NCBI RefSeq assembly: GCF_036321535.1
Contig: NC_087437.1
Span: 43,340,001 to 43,404,000 of the forward strand
DNA: 64,000 bases
Source: Camelus dromedarius
Taxonomy: Eukaryota
Direction of reading: 5' to 3'
Shown one piece after another: positions 63,199 to 64,000 of this stretch (position 1 is the stretch's first letter; every line of letters begins with the position of its first letter). The position numbers and the translations under genes were made by a program. The notes below the pieces were generated by a model that saw nothing but the letters and a program-made list of their open reading frames with translations, did not search any database and was not told where the DNA came from.

Positions 63199-64000
63199 GT
63201 AATATTTTTGTCATCTGCTTTGTCAGGGAACTCTAAGAATTGACAGTGAACCAATGATTGAAGCTTTTGAAGGAATTCAACTTCTTAGTTTTGGGGGCTT
63301 GTGCTTTTGTTGTTATTTCATAGGCAAATTTCCTTCCCTGCCATCTGATTTTTCACATCTCCTACTATTATTGCCTATAAAAGTGAGAACAGCATGTAGG
63401 GGGCCCAGCAAAGCTTCCCAAGTGTGAAGCTGTGACATTTTGTTATTCCAGAACCACTTCAGGAAGCAGCGTTGTATTTCTACTTAACATTTAATGTTTT
63501 GCAGCTGCTAAAGAATTATTCACTAAGTACTAAAACAGAGAAAAATCAATCTCTTCCTAACATCATTAGTAATAAATATGTTTGCTTATATTTTCCAAGA
63601 GAAGTGACAAGAAACGCAGATAATGAGCAACTATTTGACAGACAAATAAATGTGCCAGTCAATATTAGACAAAGCAAAATACAGAATAAGAAACTGCAAC
63701 TTTTTATCATTTCTTATAATAAAACCTCATTTTAAATGTCCGGTTAATAGCACCAAAATTTTCGGGGCCCTGTGCAAGGAGAATTAAAATAAATATCCCA
63801 GGGAGGAAGCATGACACCCCCATGTTAGAAACAATTAGTCCCTGCAAGAAAATGTATTTTCATATTGTATTTTATGATAATTCCAAACTGAGCTCAATTA
63901 AAATGCATCATGAATGATCATATGGAAAAAATACCGCATTAAAAAAACAAAAATGGAGCTGCTGCCAAAAGCTTTGGTTACACAGGCCTGTGAAGTCAGT

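Overview
AT-rich, CpG-depleted placental-mammal genomic DNA, judged by eye to be cetartiodactyl and most likely camelid: the young L1 3' tails and a Tigger2a_Art-like MITE fit that, and I saw no Alu, Bov-A/BovB or PRE-1 SINEs. I found no intact protein-coding gene, rRNA, tRNA or CRISPR array. The only ORFs I recognise are broken L1 ORF2 pieces and a decayed hAT-Charlie transposase C-terminus. Much of the window is interspersed repeat (L1, L2, MIR, MaLR, ERV1-type solo LTRs, hAT and Tigger elements), with several clean nested insertions. The rest looks like the long introns of a large + strand gene: four small, well-bounded, apparently non-coding + strand exon candidates (73, 90/93, 59 and 32 nt) plus promoter- and enhancer-like motif clusters. 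From memory, the exon sizes and spacing resemble the multi-exon 5'UTR of ZBTB20; this is unverified. I did not find a convincing previously undescribed biological system. The best leads are the 5'UTR micro-exon series, an unexplained perfect 23-bp direct repeat around a CpG-retaining element, and a pure (TG)50 tract. Repeat subfamily names come from recalled consensus sequences, and boundaries of old elements are approximate.
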